DNA of 64,000 nucleotides, taken from a virus. Position numbers and translations under genes: made by a program. Shown piece after piece: positions 35,601 to 46,660 of the stretch. The notes under the pieces are model-generated. The model was not told the origin of the DNA. It saw only the letters and a list, made by a program, of their open reading frames with translations, and searched no databases. Numbering within the stretch: position 1 is the stretch's first letter; each line of letters opens with the position of its first letter. The stretch spans positions 9,888 through 73,887 of IMG/VR virus record IMGVR_UViG_3300042691_008527; one strand, 5' to 3'.

Positions 35601-38600
35601 CTGCTAGTGCTGGACTCATGGCTGCATCATTTTTACCAGGCAAGGTTGGGCAGGTTGCGGGAACTGCTGCAACAGCAGCTTTTGGTATCCAGGCTATAAC
35701 ACAGTTTGCTAAAATTCTTCCAATACCACATTTAAAAGTTTTTGCTTTAGGACTAACTGCAACAGTTGGAATTATTAAAGCAGTAAATGCAGCAAGAGAA
35801 AGAGAACGAGTTTCTATAGAAGGCTTATCTGATGCTGCAAGTATAACAGCAGAAAAAACAAAACTTCTAGGTGATTTTTTTGGGGTTGCTGCAACAGAAA
35901 CACCATTTGAAAAAGATTTAGTTACTGATGTATTAACTCCACAAACACGATCACAAATCTCTTTACTTAGAGAAAATAAAGATTTTCAAAAACAATATAA
36001 GACAGATATTGGTGTATTAAGAGGTGCTACAGATCAAGAAGCATCAAGAGTTTTCCAGTCATTGGCTATAGGATTACAAGGAAAAGGATTTGCAAAAGAG
36101 CAGATAAATGTTCTTATTGCAGCATTACGTGAAGAATCTGGAAAGACTAATGTAACGCTTGATTTTGAATCATTAGATTTAACCACTAAACAAGGCAGGG
36201 CTGGAATAAAGAAAAGCGTTGATAATTTACTTAAAGATTATCAAAAAGAATTTAAGAGTGGTTTTGTTGAAGATTTAGTTGCAGTTGCTTTAGCTCCATC
36301 ACCAACTCGCTCTGGTGGTGCAGGAACAAGAGGTGGTGCACAAGGTGGAATTTCATGGGTAAAGCAACTTGTACCATCAAAAGAACTTAAAAAAGAAACA
36401 AAACTTATGGCAGAAGAATTAAAAAATGTTTTTACTGGACTTAGTGGTGCTTTACAAAATGGAGTTATAACAGGAGATCAATTTAATAATACTTTTGAAA
36501 AAATACAAGATAGCATTATGGCTTTGAATGAAAGTAACCCAGCTGCAGCATTAATGATTATAAACGGTGTAATATCACAAATGCCAAAGAAATTTCAAAA
36601 AGCTGTAGAAGGTGTAGATAGTTTGAAAGGAAAAATGCTTCTTCTTAGAATGCAAGCAGTAGGACTTACCTCTAATCTTGCAGGAGTAGCAGAAGCATTA
36701 AGGCTAATTGCTAATCCAAATGCAGACGTAAGCGATAGAGTTAAGGCTCAGCTTTTGGTAGAAAAAACAATGAAGCAGGTTGCAGAAGCTGCAAAGATAA
36801 CAGAAAAAGAACTTAAGAAACTATTTGCTACAGAATCTGCTGGTGGTGGAGGTGGGGGTAAGAAATTTAACCTACTTAAATCCTTAGAGGATAGAATTAA
36901 AGCTACACAAAATCAAACAAAAGCTTTAAAGGCAATGGAAAAAGCAGGAATTGCTGCATCAGTAGCTACCCAGCTAGCTTCTGATCCAGAAACTGCTGCT
37001 GCAATTGCAGCTCTTGCTGAAAAACCTGGCAAAAAATGGGATGAAGCAACGGAAAAAATAAAAGCTTATGCAGAAGCATTAAGAATGTTGAGAAAATTTG
37101 AAGAAGAGCAAGAGGAAAAAGAAAAAACTCAAGTTGAAAGAATGGGCGAGTCTCTTGATAAACTTAATGCATACTATGACTTACAAGAAGAATTAATCAG
37201 ATTAAACTATGCAAACGAGCTAGAAAAAGAAACTAAAAATCTTGAAGATCAGCAAACTGTCCTTGATGATATTAATCGATCAATTGAAAGTATCAATAGA
37301 ACAATTGAACAAAAGACAGCCCCACTAACTAAGATTTTAGAAAATAATAATTATGAGCTTGAAAGAATATCTTTTATCGAAGATAAAATTAATGAAAAAT
37401 ATGATAAACAAGAAGAAGCACTTGACAGAATTGCATCACTACAACAAGATATAGCTAATATTCAAAAGGGTAGGCTATCTATAGCAGATGCTTTGACTCG
37501 TGGAGATATTTCCGCTGCCGCTTCTGCTATCCAAGAGCTTAGAGCAACTCAATCATCAGAGCAAATATCTTCTCAAAGAGATGTCATTGCTGTCGCTAGA
37601 AAACAAGAAATATCTGCACTCAAGAGAGTAGATATTGAAAAAGAAAATAAATTACTTCAGTTTGAAATAGCAACAATTCAAAGGAATACAGATAAAGCAA
37701 GACTAGATGCTCTTGAACTGCAAAAGAAAACGGTAGAGTCTAATATATTTTTAATTGAAGGAAATATTACATCCATAGAGTCTACAATTCAATCTAAGAT
37801 AGCTGCTATGGCAACAAGATTCCAGGCAATGTTTGGTATAACTAAAACTCAAATAGAGGGAATAGTTAAAGCTTTAGACTTAACTGAGGCTGCTGGTATA
37901 AAAGGAAATAAAAAGACACTTGATTTTGTGTTAGGAGCTGCATCTGGTAATGCTACTGCTTTAAACCATGCATTAGAGGACGCTCCAGCATTATTTGATC
38001 CAATCTTAACAAAATTTGGAAAGCTATATGATTCTATTAAATCTATATTTGATTATGCTGAAGAATCTACCAAGCCTGCAAAACCAAAGGGTGTTGCTGG
38101 ACAAGAATGGGTATGGGAAAATAATAAATGGGTATTAAAGCCATTAATAAAAGATAAAACATCTACACCACAACAAACTACAGCATTAACAAAAACAGAA
38201 GAGGAAATATTTAAACCTAGCGGACAATCTAGCACTTCTGCACCTATAACTTTTAGAGATATGCCAGATATCGGATTTAGCTCGGGAGCATCTTCTGCTT
38301 ATACTTCGGCACAAAAAGATATTGCAGAAAGCACTAAAATATTTGACGATAAAATGGAAAAAGCTACTAGCCTTCTTCAAGATATAAATTCTGCACTACA
38401 GGCTGCTGCAAAAGGAACAATTATTGGGAAACTGGAGGCACTAAATATTCTTGCTCCTGAAGACAAGAGTGTGTCTCTTGTTGGAAGTAAGATAGTTGTT
38501 GAAGATTATAGCAGTAAATCAACTATAACTTCTTCGGGCGGCGGTGGCGGCGGTGGTGGTGGCATGATGCTTATGATGGCAAAGGGTGGTATGGTAAAAC

Positions 38601-38881
38601 CAAGATATTTTGCTAATGGAGCATTTGCAAGAGGAACAGATACTATTCCAGCAATGCTATCTCCAGGAGAATTTGTTGTTAGAAAATCTGCTGTAGATAA
38701 TATTGGAGTAAATGCACTTAATAGAATTAATGATGGGGCATCTAGTGGCTCAGGGGTGTATAATTATAACCTCAATGTTACACTCAATGGAACTGACATG
38801 GATGCAAACGATGTTGCTAATGTCGTAATGTCTAGAATTAAACAAATTGATGGACAAAGAATTAGAAGGCAGGTGATTTAG
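32606..38881 (+). CDS. Tape measure protein
   Basis: 2091 aa helical, Ala-rich; GINASEGANALKSGL core, hydrophobic segments, two D..PAMLSPGE.V motifs. Confidence 0.92.
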   Translation: MADVNSNISINIDSSKALSQLKSLQRQIAQFHLSVAKSSEAAALAQRDLQRNLINSINSIGAFSAELRTVKTSAENFTTSLEKNKFSMREYFRYAGASTKTFGRLFKSEFDTIGRVAEERVKRLQTQYIKLGRDTTGAMKAIAVMPTELNLKDHSTQLQLTAQRQAIFNQLVKQGSTNLLNFGKNTQWAGRQLMVGFTIPITMLGTAAAKTFMDMETAAIKFKKVYGDLFTPAAETQQALDSIQQLGNAFTKYGIAVSDTVSLAAEAAAAGFQGLDLQRQTTEATRLQVLGQIDAQKALETTISLQNAFQMSSEDLAESINFLNAVENQTVVSLDDITTAIPKAAPVVKQLGGDVKDLAFFMAAMKEGGINASEGANALKSGLASLINPTDKAREMMQGFGIDIDSIVNKNAGNVKQTVIEFAMALDNLSDLNRQRAIEQLFGKFQLARLSTLFENVTKSGNQASRVLDLATASTGDLAAMAEKELGMTAESAMNKFRKAVEDLKVALVPLGKVFLETVTPILESLGGILDKFASLSEGSKKAIAILTIAVGGIAPVLLMTFGLLANFIANGIKFFALLRNGYLRLTGQSKILGAQTQYLTTEQLDAAAAAHSLNQSHANLTQTFSVETKALNQLIAAYRSAATAARNFAQTNPGMMAPIPGRRGGKKYSDGVSSVPGPRGAGDIVPAMLSPGEAVIPAKMVEKYAPLIQGMVAGNIPGFQKGLFPGYTNAVTLLSSAANQGLKGKSGYSASALAKEFSKGGAGIQAPIVRAMAEAMGATNANDVVKMIKNDPNLAKFGESISKGVAEELAKKTGKVTDPELSKIYNKVARTQAKKFGKTYQAATNKFLTQVTTFEDVTRTRVSQSTGRKRSIGRAAIFKNVGSYRGKEFGKIAGALGLSSIAGLVKAHMTPAQEINLMEMAKSGELTPTAIAAAERAGTVIPVEVKKEVKKQASKKKTTATRRPTTQSGKTVAPPKTTFRQRAGTVGRSLVGGRAGMAASAGLMAASFLPGKVGQVAGTAATAAFGIQAITQFAKILPIPHLKVFALGLTATVGIIKAVNAARERERVSIEGLSDAASITAEKTKLLGDFFGVAATETPFEKDLVTDVLTPQTRSQISLLRENKDFQKQYKTDIGVLRGATDQEASRVFQSLAIGLQGKGFAKEQINVLIAALREESGKTNVTLDFESLDLTTKQGRAGIKKSVDNLLKDYQKEFKSGFVEDLVAVALAPSPTRSGGAGTRGGAQGGISWVKQLVPSKELKKETKLMAEELKNVFTGLSGALQNGVITGDQFNNTFEKIQDSIMALNESNPAAALMIINGVISQMPKKFQKAVEGVDSLKGKMLLLRMQAVGLTSNLAGVAEALRLIANPNADVSDRVKAQLLVEKTMKQVAEAAKITEKELKKLFATESAGGGGGGKKFNLLKSLEDRIKATQNQTKALKAMEKAGIAASVATQLASDPETAAAIAALAEKPGKKWDEATEKIKAYAEALRMLRKFEEEQEEKEKTQVERMGESLDKLNAYYDLQEELIRLNYANELEKETKNLEDQQTVLDDINRSIESINRTIEQKTAPLTKILENNNYELERISFIEDKINEKYDKQEEALDRIASLQQDIANIQKGRLSIADALTRGDISAAASAIQELRATQSSEQISSQRDVIAVARKQEISALKRVDIEKENKLLQFEIATIQRNTDKARLDALELQKKTVESNIFLIEGNITSIESTIQSKIAAMATRFQAMFGITKTQIEGIVKALDLTEAAGIKGNKKTLDFVLGAASGNATALNHALEDAPALFDPILTKFGKLYDSIKSIFDYAEESTKPAKPKGVAGQEWVWENNKWVLKPLIKDKTSTPQQTTALTKTEEEIFKPSGQSSTSAPITFRDMPDIGFSSGASSAYTSAQKDIAESTKIFDDKMEKATSLLQDINSALQAAAKGTIIGKLEALNILAPEDKSVSLVGSKIVVEDYSSKSTITSSGGGGGGGGGMMLMMAKGGMVKPRYFANGAFARGTDTIPAMLSPGEFVVRKSAVDNIGVNALNRINDGASSGSGVYNYNLNVTLNGTDMDANDVANVVMSRIKQIDGQRIRRQVI

Positions 38882-39561
38882 TGACTACTACTGGATACAT
38901 GGCTGGACGACAAAAATGGTATCGACCACAGGCAATGTTGTGGTCAGAAGATCAGGGTACCCTAGTAGATGGTAAATATATTCCTCTAGGAGTAGAAACC
39001 TTGTCTGACCTATCTGGAGTTCAACCAGCAAATAGATTCTTAATTTTATCAGATCATAATCGTGCACCAATTGATATTTATCCAGAAAGAATAGAGCAAA
39101 AGCGTAGAATGGTCAATGGGACTTTACGATCATATCATATAGCCGATAAATTAAAAATTTCAACCTCATGGTCGTTATTACCATCACGAAGCTTTTCTTT
39201 TAGACCAGATTTTAATCAATCTACTGGATTACCAGATACTACATCTACTATTGCAAATCCTAATCCGCCACCAGCATTTTATCCAGTAGAAGAATATACT
39301 GCAGATGGTGGTGCAGGTGGAGTGGAAATGTTATCTTGGTATCAGTCTCATACTGGACCATTTTGGGTATTCTTAGCGTACGATAAATATATTAATTTTG
39401 GTGTAACAGATACAGCATATACAAACTTACCTAATTATAATCAAATTGTACAAATGCAAATATCATCTTTTGATTACTCTATTATAAAAAGAAGCGGAGC
39501 TAACGCTAGTTTTAACGGTTACGACATGTGGAATGTCTCCGTAACATTGGAAGAGGTATAG
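38881..39561 (+). CDS. Distal tail protein-like
   Basis: Follows tape measure; RMVNGTLRSY..K..SW..L and WNVSVTLEEV. Confidence 0.6.
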   Translation: MTTTGYMAGRQKWYRPQAMLWSEDQGTLVDGKYIPLGVETLSDLSGVQPANRFLILSDHNRAPIDIYPERIEQKRRMVNGTLRSYHIADKLKISTSWSLLPSRSFSFRPDFNQSTGLPDTTSTIANPNPPPAFYPVEEYTADGGAGGVEMLSWYQSHTGPFWVFLAYDKYINFGVTDTAYTNLPNYNQIVQMQISSFDYSIIKRSGANASFNGYDMWNVSVTLEEV

Positions 39562-39562
39562 T

Positions 39563-42500
39563 ATGTTTCAAGATGAAGATTTAAAGGATCATCTTGAATC
39601 CTCATTTAGTATTAATACTGGGTCTTTATTAACTGCAGAATGGAATATGAATATTCCTGGCAATATTTTTAAATTAGGTAATTATAGATATCGTAAAAAT
39701 TCTGCACAGTTTTCTGCATTGCCAAATATATTTGATAGGAATGATGCTGGTGGATTTTATACTGGTGCAACAGATGCTGATATAACAATAGAATCGGGTC
39801 TTGAAAGTGATGGTATTACACCAATGCTATTTACATACAATAAAGAAAAAGAAAAGCTTTATTATTCTTTAGAGGATTGCATTAAACCATTTAGGCCAAG
39901 ATCTGGAATAAACAAAGCTTCATTTTTTACAAATAATTATTTTGCCCATGCAAATCAAAATATGTATCAAAGACCAAGATTTTATATGCCAGATAAAGAA
40001 GATCAGTTTAAATATTGGAGATCATACAGAACAGAAAGTTCTGGTTCCACTATTCAGTCAAGCAATAAAGAATATGGGATATCTAAAAATGATAGCAATG
40101 GTTTATTTACGATTGATGATGCAGTTCCATTTGTTGTATATAAAAATGAAGTTCCAACTAATAGAATTATTTTAAAAACTCAAACATATGTTGGCAACGT
40201 AAACCTTGGTCCTTTTACAACTCAAACAGCTGTTAATGCTACAGATCCATTCTACGGTGAAGAAAATAAAAGGGTGCCAGTTAGGTTTATTGTTCAATAT
40301 CTTGATAGCGATAATAAATGGAATGATGCTTATGAATTTGATGAAAATAGTTTACGTCCAGATAATATAAGTCCAATATTTAATTCAGATGGATATTTAA
40401 GTTTAGAGTATGGACTAAGCGTTCCAGAACAATATCAAGAAAACTTTGTATTTGTTGGAACAGTTTACGATACTTCTGCATTGCCAACAACAACTACTAT
40501 TGGTCACGCATACCTATATACCGCAGAATTATTTACCCGTGGAACTTTATATATTTATAACGGAGTTACATATGATACTTTTACTCCAGAATATATATGG
40601 CAGATAGGATCAGATTCTGTTGGGGAGTCAACCCCATTTGTATCTGATTTAACTGATCCAGATTATTTTTCTAATCCAGGCGATGGTAAAAAAATATACC
40701 GTGAAATGGTATTTATCAAAGGTATTCGTATAGTTGTAGAAACAATGTCATTGCCAAATATACCGTTTGAATTGATTGAAATGTCACCTAGACTTGTAGT
40801 AGATCTTAGTGAAAGATTAACTAATTTTGAGGTAAACAAAGTGTTATCAGATATAGGAATAACTGGATTACCAGTTGGACAAATTAATGCTTCTACTGGA
40901 AGTTTAGAACTATTTGATGATGATAGCGCTTTTAATGTGAATAATGCCTGGAATGGTACCACTGGTAGTATCATTTCTGGATATTTAGATACAAATATAA
41001 AATTTGTTTTTTATGAAATAATTAAAAATGTTAATAATGTTAATTATTTAATTCCTATCAAAACATTGTACTCAGAAGGTATCCCGCAGGTTGACCAATC
41101 AAATGGGACTATCTCTGTTGATCTTAGAGACTTATTTTTTTACTTTGAGTCATTAGATGCTCCGCAAGTTTTACTATCTGAAATATCTTTGAGTCAGGCT
41201 ATTTGTATATTATTAGATTCTATTGGATTTTCTAATTATATTTTTAAAAGATTATCTGATGAGTCAGATCCAGTAATACCATTCTTTTTTGTAGCACCAA
41301 ATCAAAATGTTGCAGAGGTATTAAATGAACTTGCCATAGCAACACAATCTGCAATGTTTTTTGATGAATATAATAATTTTGTCATAATGTCTAAAGATTA
41401 TCTTTTAGATGATACTGGAGAAAGACCAGTAGATTTAGTTCTATATGGATCAAGCAATCCAACAATGACGGGCATTGTAGAAAATAACTATACTGCACCA
41501 CTTTCTAATATTGCTGCCATAGCATCTGATGAAAGAAAAGTTTTTAATGATGGACAAATTAATTATACTTCAAGATATATCCAAAGATCTTACGGAAGCT
41601 TAAAACAAGCTCAACTTGCTGATCAAGATAGAACATGGATATATAAACCAGTTCTTTTGTGGGAGGTTGCTGGAACAGAGGCAACAAAAAGCTTAAATAA
41701 TGAAAGACAAGAAAAGTATACTCTTGGAGCAATGCCGCTAAACTCTGATTTATCTATTCAAGTACCATATGTACAAAATAGAGAGTTAAAGTCAAACGTT
41801 ATGGATTTCGGTGAGAACATCTATTATATAACCAGATTTCAAGGTTATTTTTATTCTAGTGGAGAAATAATCAAATATGATGCTGTTCAGCATAACATCA
41901 CTTTGCCAGTCTGTTATCCAAAAAATACTGATGGGTCTATAAATACAAATAAACCATTAATATTGACAAGAGACCAATCTGTTCCCGCTGGATATGTTAT
42001 TGGAAGCAGTAACGTCTGGATTACAAACAATCTTGATTATCAAAAATATTTTTCATCATTACCATTTAATGGAAAAATGTATCCAACTGGTCTAGTTAGA
42101 ATATATGCTGAGCCGTACTATGAAACGATTGATGGAATTACAAAGATAAAAAATGGACCAGTTGCAGAGCATGGTCGTGGTCAGTTTGGAACCCCAATTG
42201 TTGCACACAGCGCTGGGCTGGATTCATATTGGACTAACAATGCATATGTGCAAGGATGTCAGATGGCATCACAGTACTTGTATACAACAGACCTTGACCC
42301 AACATCTAATCCATCATTTCCTAGCATTACAACAGGAGTAGCAGGACTTAGTACAAATATTGCAGCTAAATCTCAAAGAAATGGAATTATTAGAAACTTT
42401 TTATCATCTGGATATTCTACAGAAACTAGCGTTTCATTTCTTAAAACAGCACAAACTGGAACAGTCCAATCTTCAGCTTTGGTATTTAATGGACCTTCAT

Positions 42501-44029
42501 TTGAAGCAACAGAAAATCCAAGAAATTTTATAAGTTATGCATGGAAAACCTTGGCTGGAGCATATAAACATTTTGGTACGAGAATGAGAATTGTTGGCAA
42601 GGTAGAGTCAGCGTCTGATAATGCTCAAAGTCCAGTTGGCGGCATGACATATTATAGTGTTACTAGTACAGATCCAACCCAGCCAATTACAATTGGTGGT
42701 GGTTCTGGCGGTGTAGCAATTGTTAATCCACTTACAAATAATGGTTACTTTTTTGAAATTGCTGCATTAACATCTGCAGACATAACATCATATTTAAACC
42801 TTGATCAGGAAGGTCAGCCAAGTATAGCAATTGATAATATTATGTTTTATAAAATACAGCAGCAAACATCGACTACAAATGCAATACCATATAAACTTTG
42901 GGGCGGAAATGGTAAGATTTTGGTAGATGATGGTAGCTTTGTTGGTCAATACAGATTTATTGGTGATGAAAATCCAACAGTATACGATCTTGCTATAGAG
43001 TATGTTGATATTAATGAAACAACTAGGGTATTTTATTTATATATTAATCAAAGGCTTATTCGTGTAGTTACTGATACAAATCCAATACCGCTTATTAATA
43101 CATCTGTAGCTATGTTTGTTCGTGGCACATCTAAGATTATGTTTGAAAATATTTATGCTCTCAGTAAAAACTATGCAGACAATTCAGTATATGATCTTAA
43201 TGCCCCGATAGCCTCGGCGTTTATCGGGTTTGATGACAAAGAAATTGACGCAAGCGAAGCATTAACAAAATATGCAATAAGCGGTGTTGTACAAAAAACA
43301 TATTTAAGTGGAATTAACACTTCTACCACAAAAAGCTTTGACATGTATTATGATGAGTTTGGTTCTATAATGAGAGAGTGTGCATACTTTAATGTTAAAT
43401 ATGATCGTGCATTCCCTGCTCTTTACGCACAGATAGCTCCAACATTTAATAAGATTCGTGGGTATACAATATCAGGGTTTTTGGCTGGGGCATATGGAGC
43501 AGAATTCTTAGTATTTAATAATACAGATACACTACTTAACCTAGATGAAACAACTGGAAACTATCTAAGAATTCTTGGTGTTACTTTTACCCAAGACACA
43601 ACTAATACAATAACGGTTGATGATTATTTTAAGAAAATAGGTAATTTTTCTAATCCAATGCTACAAGGAGATGTTGTTTTGCAATCTCCATATAGAGTTT
43701 TACAAGATTATGACCAAGTTAGAACTAGTAGAATTCTTTATGGCAAAAGTAGCTTCGCAATTGAAAGCATGTATATTCAAGATCAAGATACTGCTGAAAA
43801 TCTCATTGGATGGATTGTCGGCAAAAGCTTAAGGCCTAGAAAAGTTGTTGGCATTGACTTATTCTCTATGCCAATTCTGCAGCTAGGAGATATAGTAAAT
43901 ATTAACTATAAGAATAATGATGATATTGATGTGGTTGCGCCAGCAGATACAAGGTTTGTAGTATATAATATAGACTACTCAAAATCTTTGGAAGGACCTG
44001 AGATGACTGTATATCTCAGCGAGGTGTAA
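39563..44029 (+). CDS. Large tail tip/hub protein
   Basis: 1488 aa; LAIATQSAMFFDEYNNF and PILQLGDIVNI hub-like motifs. Confidence 0.65.
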   Translation: MFQDEDLKDHLESSFSINTGSLLTAEWNMNIPGNIFKLGNYRYRKNSAQFSALPNIFDRNDAGGFYTGATDADITIESGLESDGITPMLFTYNKEKEKLYYSLEDCIKPFRPRSGINKASFFTNNYFAHANQNMYQRPRFYMPDKEDQFKYWRSYRTESSGSTIQSSNKEYGISKNDSNGLFTIDDAVPFVVYKNEVPTNRIILKTQTYVGNVNLGPFTTQTAVNATDPFYGEENKRVPVRFIVQYLDSDNKWNDAYEFDENSLRPDNISPIFNSDGYLSLEYGLSVPEQYQENFVFVGTVYDTSALPTTTTIGHAYLYTAELFTRGTLYIYNGVTYDTFTPEYIWQIGSDSVGESTPFVSDLTDPDYFSNPGDGKKIYREMVFIKGIRIVVETMSLPNIPFELIEMSPRLVVDLSERLTNFEVNKVLSDIGITGLPVGQINASTGSLELFDDDSAFNVNNAWNGTTGSIISGYLDTNIKFVFYEIIKNVNNVNYLIPIKTLYSEGIPQVDQSNGTISVDLRDLFFYFESLDAPQVLLSEISLSQAICILLDSIGFSNYIFKRLSDESDPVIPFFFVAPNQNVAEVLNELAIATQSAMFFDEYNNFVIMSKDYLLDDTGERPVDLVLYGSSNPTMTGIVENNYTAPLSNIAAIASDERKVFNDGQINYTSRYIQRSYGSLKQAQLADQDRTWIYKPVLLWEVAGTEATKSLNNERQEKYTLGAMPLNSDLSIQVPYVQNRELKSNVMDFGENIYYITRFQGYFYSSGEIIKYDAVQHNITLPVCYPKNTDGSINTNKPLILTRDQSVPAGYVIGSSNVWITNNLDYQKYFSSLPFNGKMYPTGLVRIYAEPYYETIDGITKIKNGPVAEHGRGQFGTPIVAHSAGLDSYWTNNAYVQGCQMASQYLYTTDLDPTSNPSFPSITTGVAGLSTNIAAKSQRNGIIRNFLSSGYSTETSVSFLKTAQTGTVQSSALVFNGPSFEATENPRNFISYAWKTLAGAYKHFGTRMRIVGKVESASDNAQSPVGGMTYYSVTSTDPTQPITIGGGSGGVAIVNPLTNNGYFFEIAALTSADITSYLNLDQEGQPSIAIDNIMFYKIQQQTSTTNAIPYKLWGGNGKILVDDGSFVGQYRFIGDENPTVYDLAIEYVDINETTRVFYLYINQRLIRVVTDTNPIPLINTSVAMFVRGTSKIMFENIYALSKNYADNSVYDLNAPIASAFIGFDDKEIDASEALTKYAISGVVQKTYLSGINTSTTKSFDMYYDEFGSIMRECAYFNVKYDRAFPALYAQIAPTFNKIRGYTISGFLAGAYGAEFLVFNNTDTLLNLDETTGNYLRILGVTFTQDTTNTITVDDYFKKIGNFSNPMLQGDVVLQSPYRVLQDYDQVRTSRILYGKSSFAIESMYIQDQDTAENLIGWIVGKSLRPRKVVGIDLFSMPILQLGDIVNINYKNNDDIDVVAPADTRFVVYNIDYSKSLEGPEMTVYLSEV

Positions 44030-44031
44030 TA

Positions 44032-44532
44032 ATGGTTCAAGCAACTCCTTACAGCAGCGGATACTCTGTTTCTCCAGATATAATGAGTCTTTTAAATTTA
44101 AATAAAAATGTTAAAACTGCAACTCCAGACATTATTGAATTTGATGATGCAGATTTAATTGCAAATGCAGAGATTATTGCTGATCTGCTATTTGAAAATA
44201 TTGGTGGACAAGAAATTCTTAGCATGGCACGATATGATACTGTAAATGGACAGGATATTGCCTATCAGCCAATAAAAAACTTAAAAATAATTAATCAAGA
44301 ATTTAGTCCAACCAACCTACTTAGATTACAAAAAACATCAGATAGAATTTTTGCAAACTTTCCAATTAAACTGCTAACTAAAGTTCCAAATGAGGGAAAC
44401 GGTCCAGATGGAACAAATGTATACAGAAATACAGACGGATCTATTGTTTTAGAATTTGTTAATTTAGCAGAAGATGAGCAAATTGAAATTCAAATAGCTA
44501 CTAGTGGTACAATATATGAGGCAGGTATATAA
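44032..44532 (+). CDS. Minor tail protein
   Basis: Position in tail-tip operon. Confidence 0.5.
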   Translation: MVQATPYSSGYSVSPDIMSLLNLNKNVKTATPDIIEFDDADLIANAEIIADLLFENIGGQEILSMARYDTVNGQDIAYQPIKNLKIINQEFSPTNLLRLQKTSDRIFANFPIKLLTKVPNEGNGPDGTNVYRNTDGSIVLEFVNLAEDEQIEIQIATSGTIYEAGI

Positions 44533-46094
44533 TGATAACTAATACTGGTAAAGAGATTATTGCAAAATATCTTTTGGGCACTGCCCCAGCCTATGCATCT
44601 TATATTGCGTTGGGCTGTGGTGCCAAACCTAGGCCTGCCGCTACAACAATATCTAGCATAAGCTCTGCCTCAACTACATTCACTGTTGGAGGCGGCGGCA
44701 ATACTGATGCTCTTTGGGTCGGTGCAAAAATAACAAAGACTAGCGGCACAGGAACACTAAATACATCTGGAGACACTATTGTTACAGCAGTTAATAGTTC
44801 TACAACCTTTACAGTTAATCTTGCCCCATCTGTAGCCCTTTCTGGTGCAACAATTTCAATAATGGCAGACCCATCCACTGAAGTATTAGATTTTGAAATG
44901 TTTAGAATTCCTATTACTTCTCAAGGATATATTAATGATAGTGGAATCAACAAAATAGTTTTAACTGCAGAGTTACCAACAGAAGAAAGATATGAAATTA
45001 CTGAAGTTGGTATTTTTTCTGCTGGATCAAATTCGCTTGCTGGTGCACAGGATAGCCGAGTAATATATTCTTTCTCGGGGGATGAAAACTGGGAGTATCA
45101 TGGCCCTGGATCTGCAATAGATATTCCAACTGTCTTGGCTCCACTAGATTCTGCAAATGATGATGTCATTGACGTTACATATCCAGTATTTGAGACAAAT
45201 GCAGATAATAGAACTTTTAGTTCTCAAGATAGAATAGACAGATATGAAGAGCCAAGATTTTTAAATAATACAATTATCATGATTGGTAATAACTCAAATC
45301 TAGGTAAGTCAGTATCAGTAACAAATGCAGCAGGAACTGGAGCTGTAGTTACATATACAACTGCTCTACCACATACATTAGTTCCAGGAGATACAATCAC
45401 AGTAACTGGAGTAAATCCATCCGCATACAATCTTACTGGTGTAACTGTTGCAACTACCCCAACAAATACAACCTTTACTGTAAACAATGCAGCTACTGGA
45501 GCATATGTGTCTGGGGGCAGCATTGCCACTACACATCTTATAGTTAATAGCGGCTCCTATCATATTCACTTGACTGGTGCAAATGTTAATTTTGATAGAA
45601 ATTCCCCATCTGATCTTATGAAGCTTGCATTTTCTGTTATCAATAAAGATGGGGATAGCCTAGATGTTCCAGATACAGTAAGAATATTATTAGATTTTGC
45701 ATCAACAGATGTTGCTGGAACTGGTGAGTTTGCTAGATTTGAAGTAGATATTACAAATGGTACTGGTGTTGGACAATATGATTTAGAAAGTAATAGATAT
45801 GTGGTTATTGAAAAACAACTTCAGGAACTATATAAAAGCTCAGGATTTACTTGGGAAGCAGTTGATGTTGTAAAAATTTATGCTTGTGTTATTGATGGCG
45901 GATCTCCATCATCAAATTTCTATGTAGCATTAGACGCAATCAGATTAGATAATGTTGGAACTCCAAACCCACTATATGGAATGACTGGGTATTCAATTGT
46001 TCAAGACTCCATTAATACAATTCCACAACCAGTTGTTAAGTTGTCAAACACTACAAACTTTATTGAATTTAGATTTGGGTTAGAGGTTTCATAA
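44532..46094 (+). CDS. Baseplate/minor tail protein with two inserted small beta domains
   Basis: MITNTGK..YIALGCG..ITEVGIFS baseplate-type motifs. Confidence 0.6.
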   Translation: MITNTGKEIIAKYLLGTAPAYASYIALGCGAKPRPAATTISSISSASTTFTVGGGGNTDALWVGAKITKTSGTGTLNTSGDTIVTAVNSSTTFTVNLAPSVALSGATISIMADPSTEVLDFEMFRIPITSQGYINDSGINKIVLTAELPTEERYEITEVGIFSAGSNSLAGAQDSRVIYSFSGDENWEYHGPGSAIDIPTVLAPLDSANDDVIDVTYPVFETNADNRTFSSQDRIDRYEEPRFLNNTIIMIGNNSNLGKSVSVTNAAGTGAVVTYTTALPHTLVPGDTITVTGVNPSAYNLTGVTVATTPTNTTFTVNNAATGAYVSGGSIATTHLIVNSGSYHIHLTGANVNFDRNSPSDLMKLAFSVINKDGDSLDVPDTVRILLDFASTDVAGTGEFARFEVDITNGTGVGQYDLESNRYVVIEKQLQELYKSSGFTWEAVDVVKIYACVIDGGSPSSNFYVALDAIRLDNVGTPNPLYGMTGYSIVQDSINTIPQPVVKLSNTTNFIEFRFGLEVS

Positions 46095-46651
46095 TGGCTG
46101 ATGCAGGAATAAAAAAGGTAACAATTGCTCCACAATCTTTGCCTTATGTAGATATAGATTCTAATGGTTTATTTTATAATATTAGATATAGAGTTATTTC
46201 TGAAGATAGAAACCGAATTTCACACTGGTCAAAAGTATATCGTGTAGATATGCCCTCAACAACAGACGCAGATCTTCCATATACAACAGATGAAAGAATA
46301 CATGTTAATAAAGTGGGTTCAACACCAAAAACTGTTATAGTAACATGGTCGCATCCGCTAGAATCTGGACTTAATCCAGACCCAGTAAAAGCACAACTAG
46401 AAAGAATATTTGATGAAACAATTGCTTATGATGTTTGGATTAGATGGTCTACATTAAATACTCCAGATCCAAATAATCCAGCTAACTGGGCAACAGATTG
46501 GACATATTTTTCTACTGTATCTGCTGATACATTTTCTATCTTTGTTCCAACAGGATATAATGCAATCGGGGTAGCTATACAACTTCCTACTGTAGAAAAA
46601 ACTAGAGATGTTAGACTTACTCTTTTTCAAACCCAGGGGAATAACTTATAA
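46094..46651 (+). CDS. Minor tail protein (Fn3-like)
   Basis: YNIRYRVISEDRNRISHWS motif; position. Confidence 0.5.
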   Translation: MADAGIKKVTIAPQSLPYVDIDSNGLFYNIRYRVISEDRNRISHWSKVYRVDMPSTTDADLPYTTDERIHVNKVGSTPKTVIVTWSHPLESGLNPDPVKAQLERIFDETIAYDVWIRWSTLNTPDPNNPANWATDWTYFSTVSADTFSIFVPTGYNAIGVAIQLPTVEKTRDVRLTLFQTQGNNL

Positions 46652-46660
46652 AGGAGAATC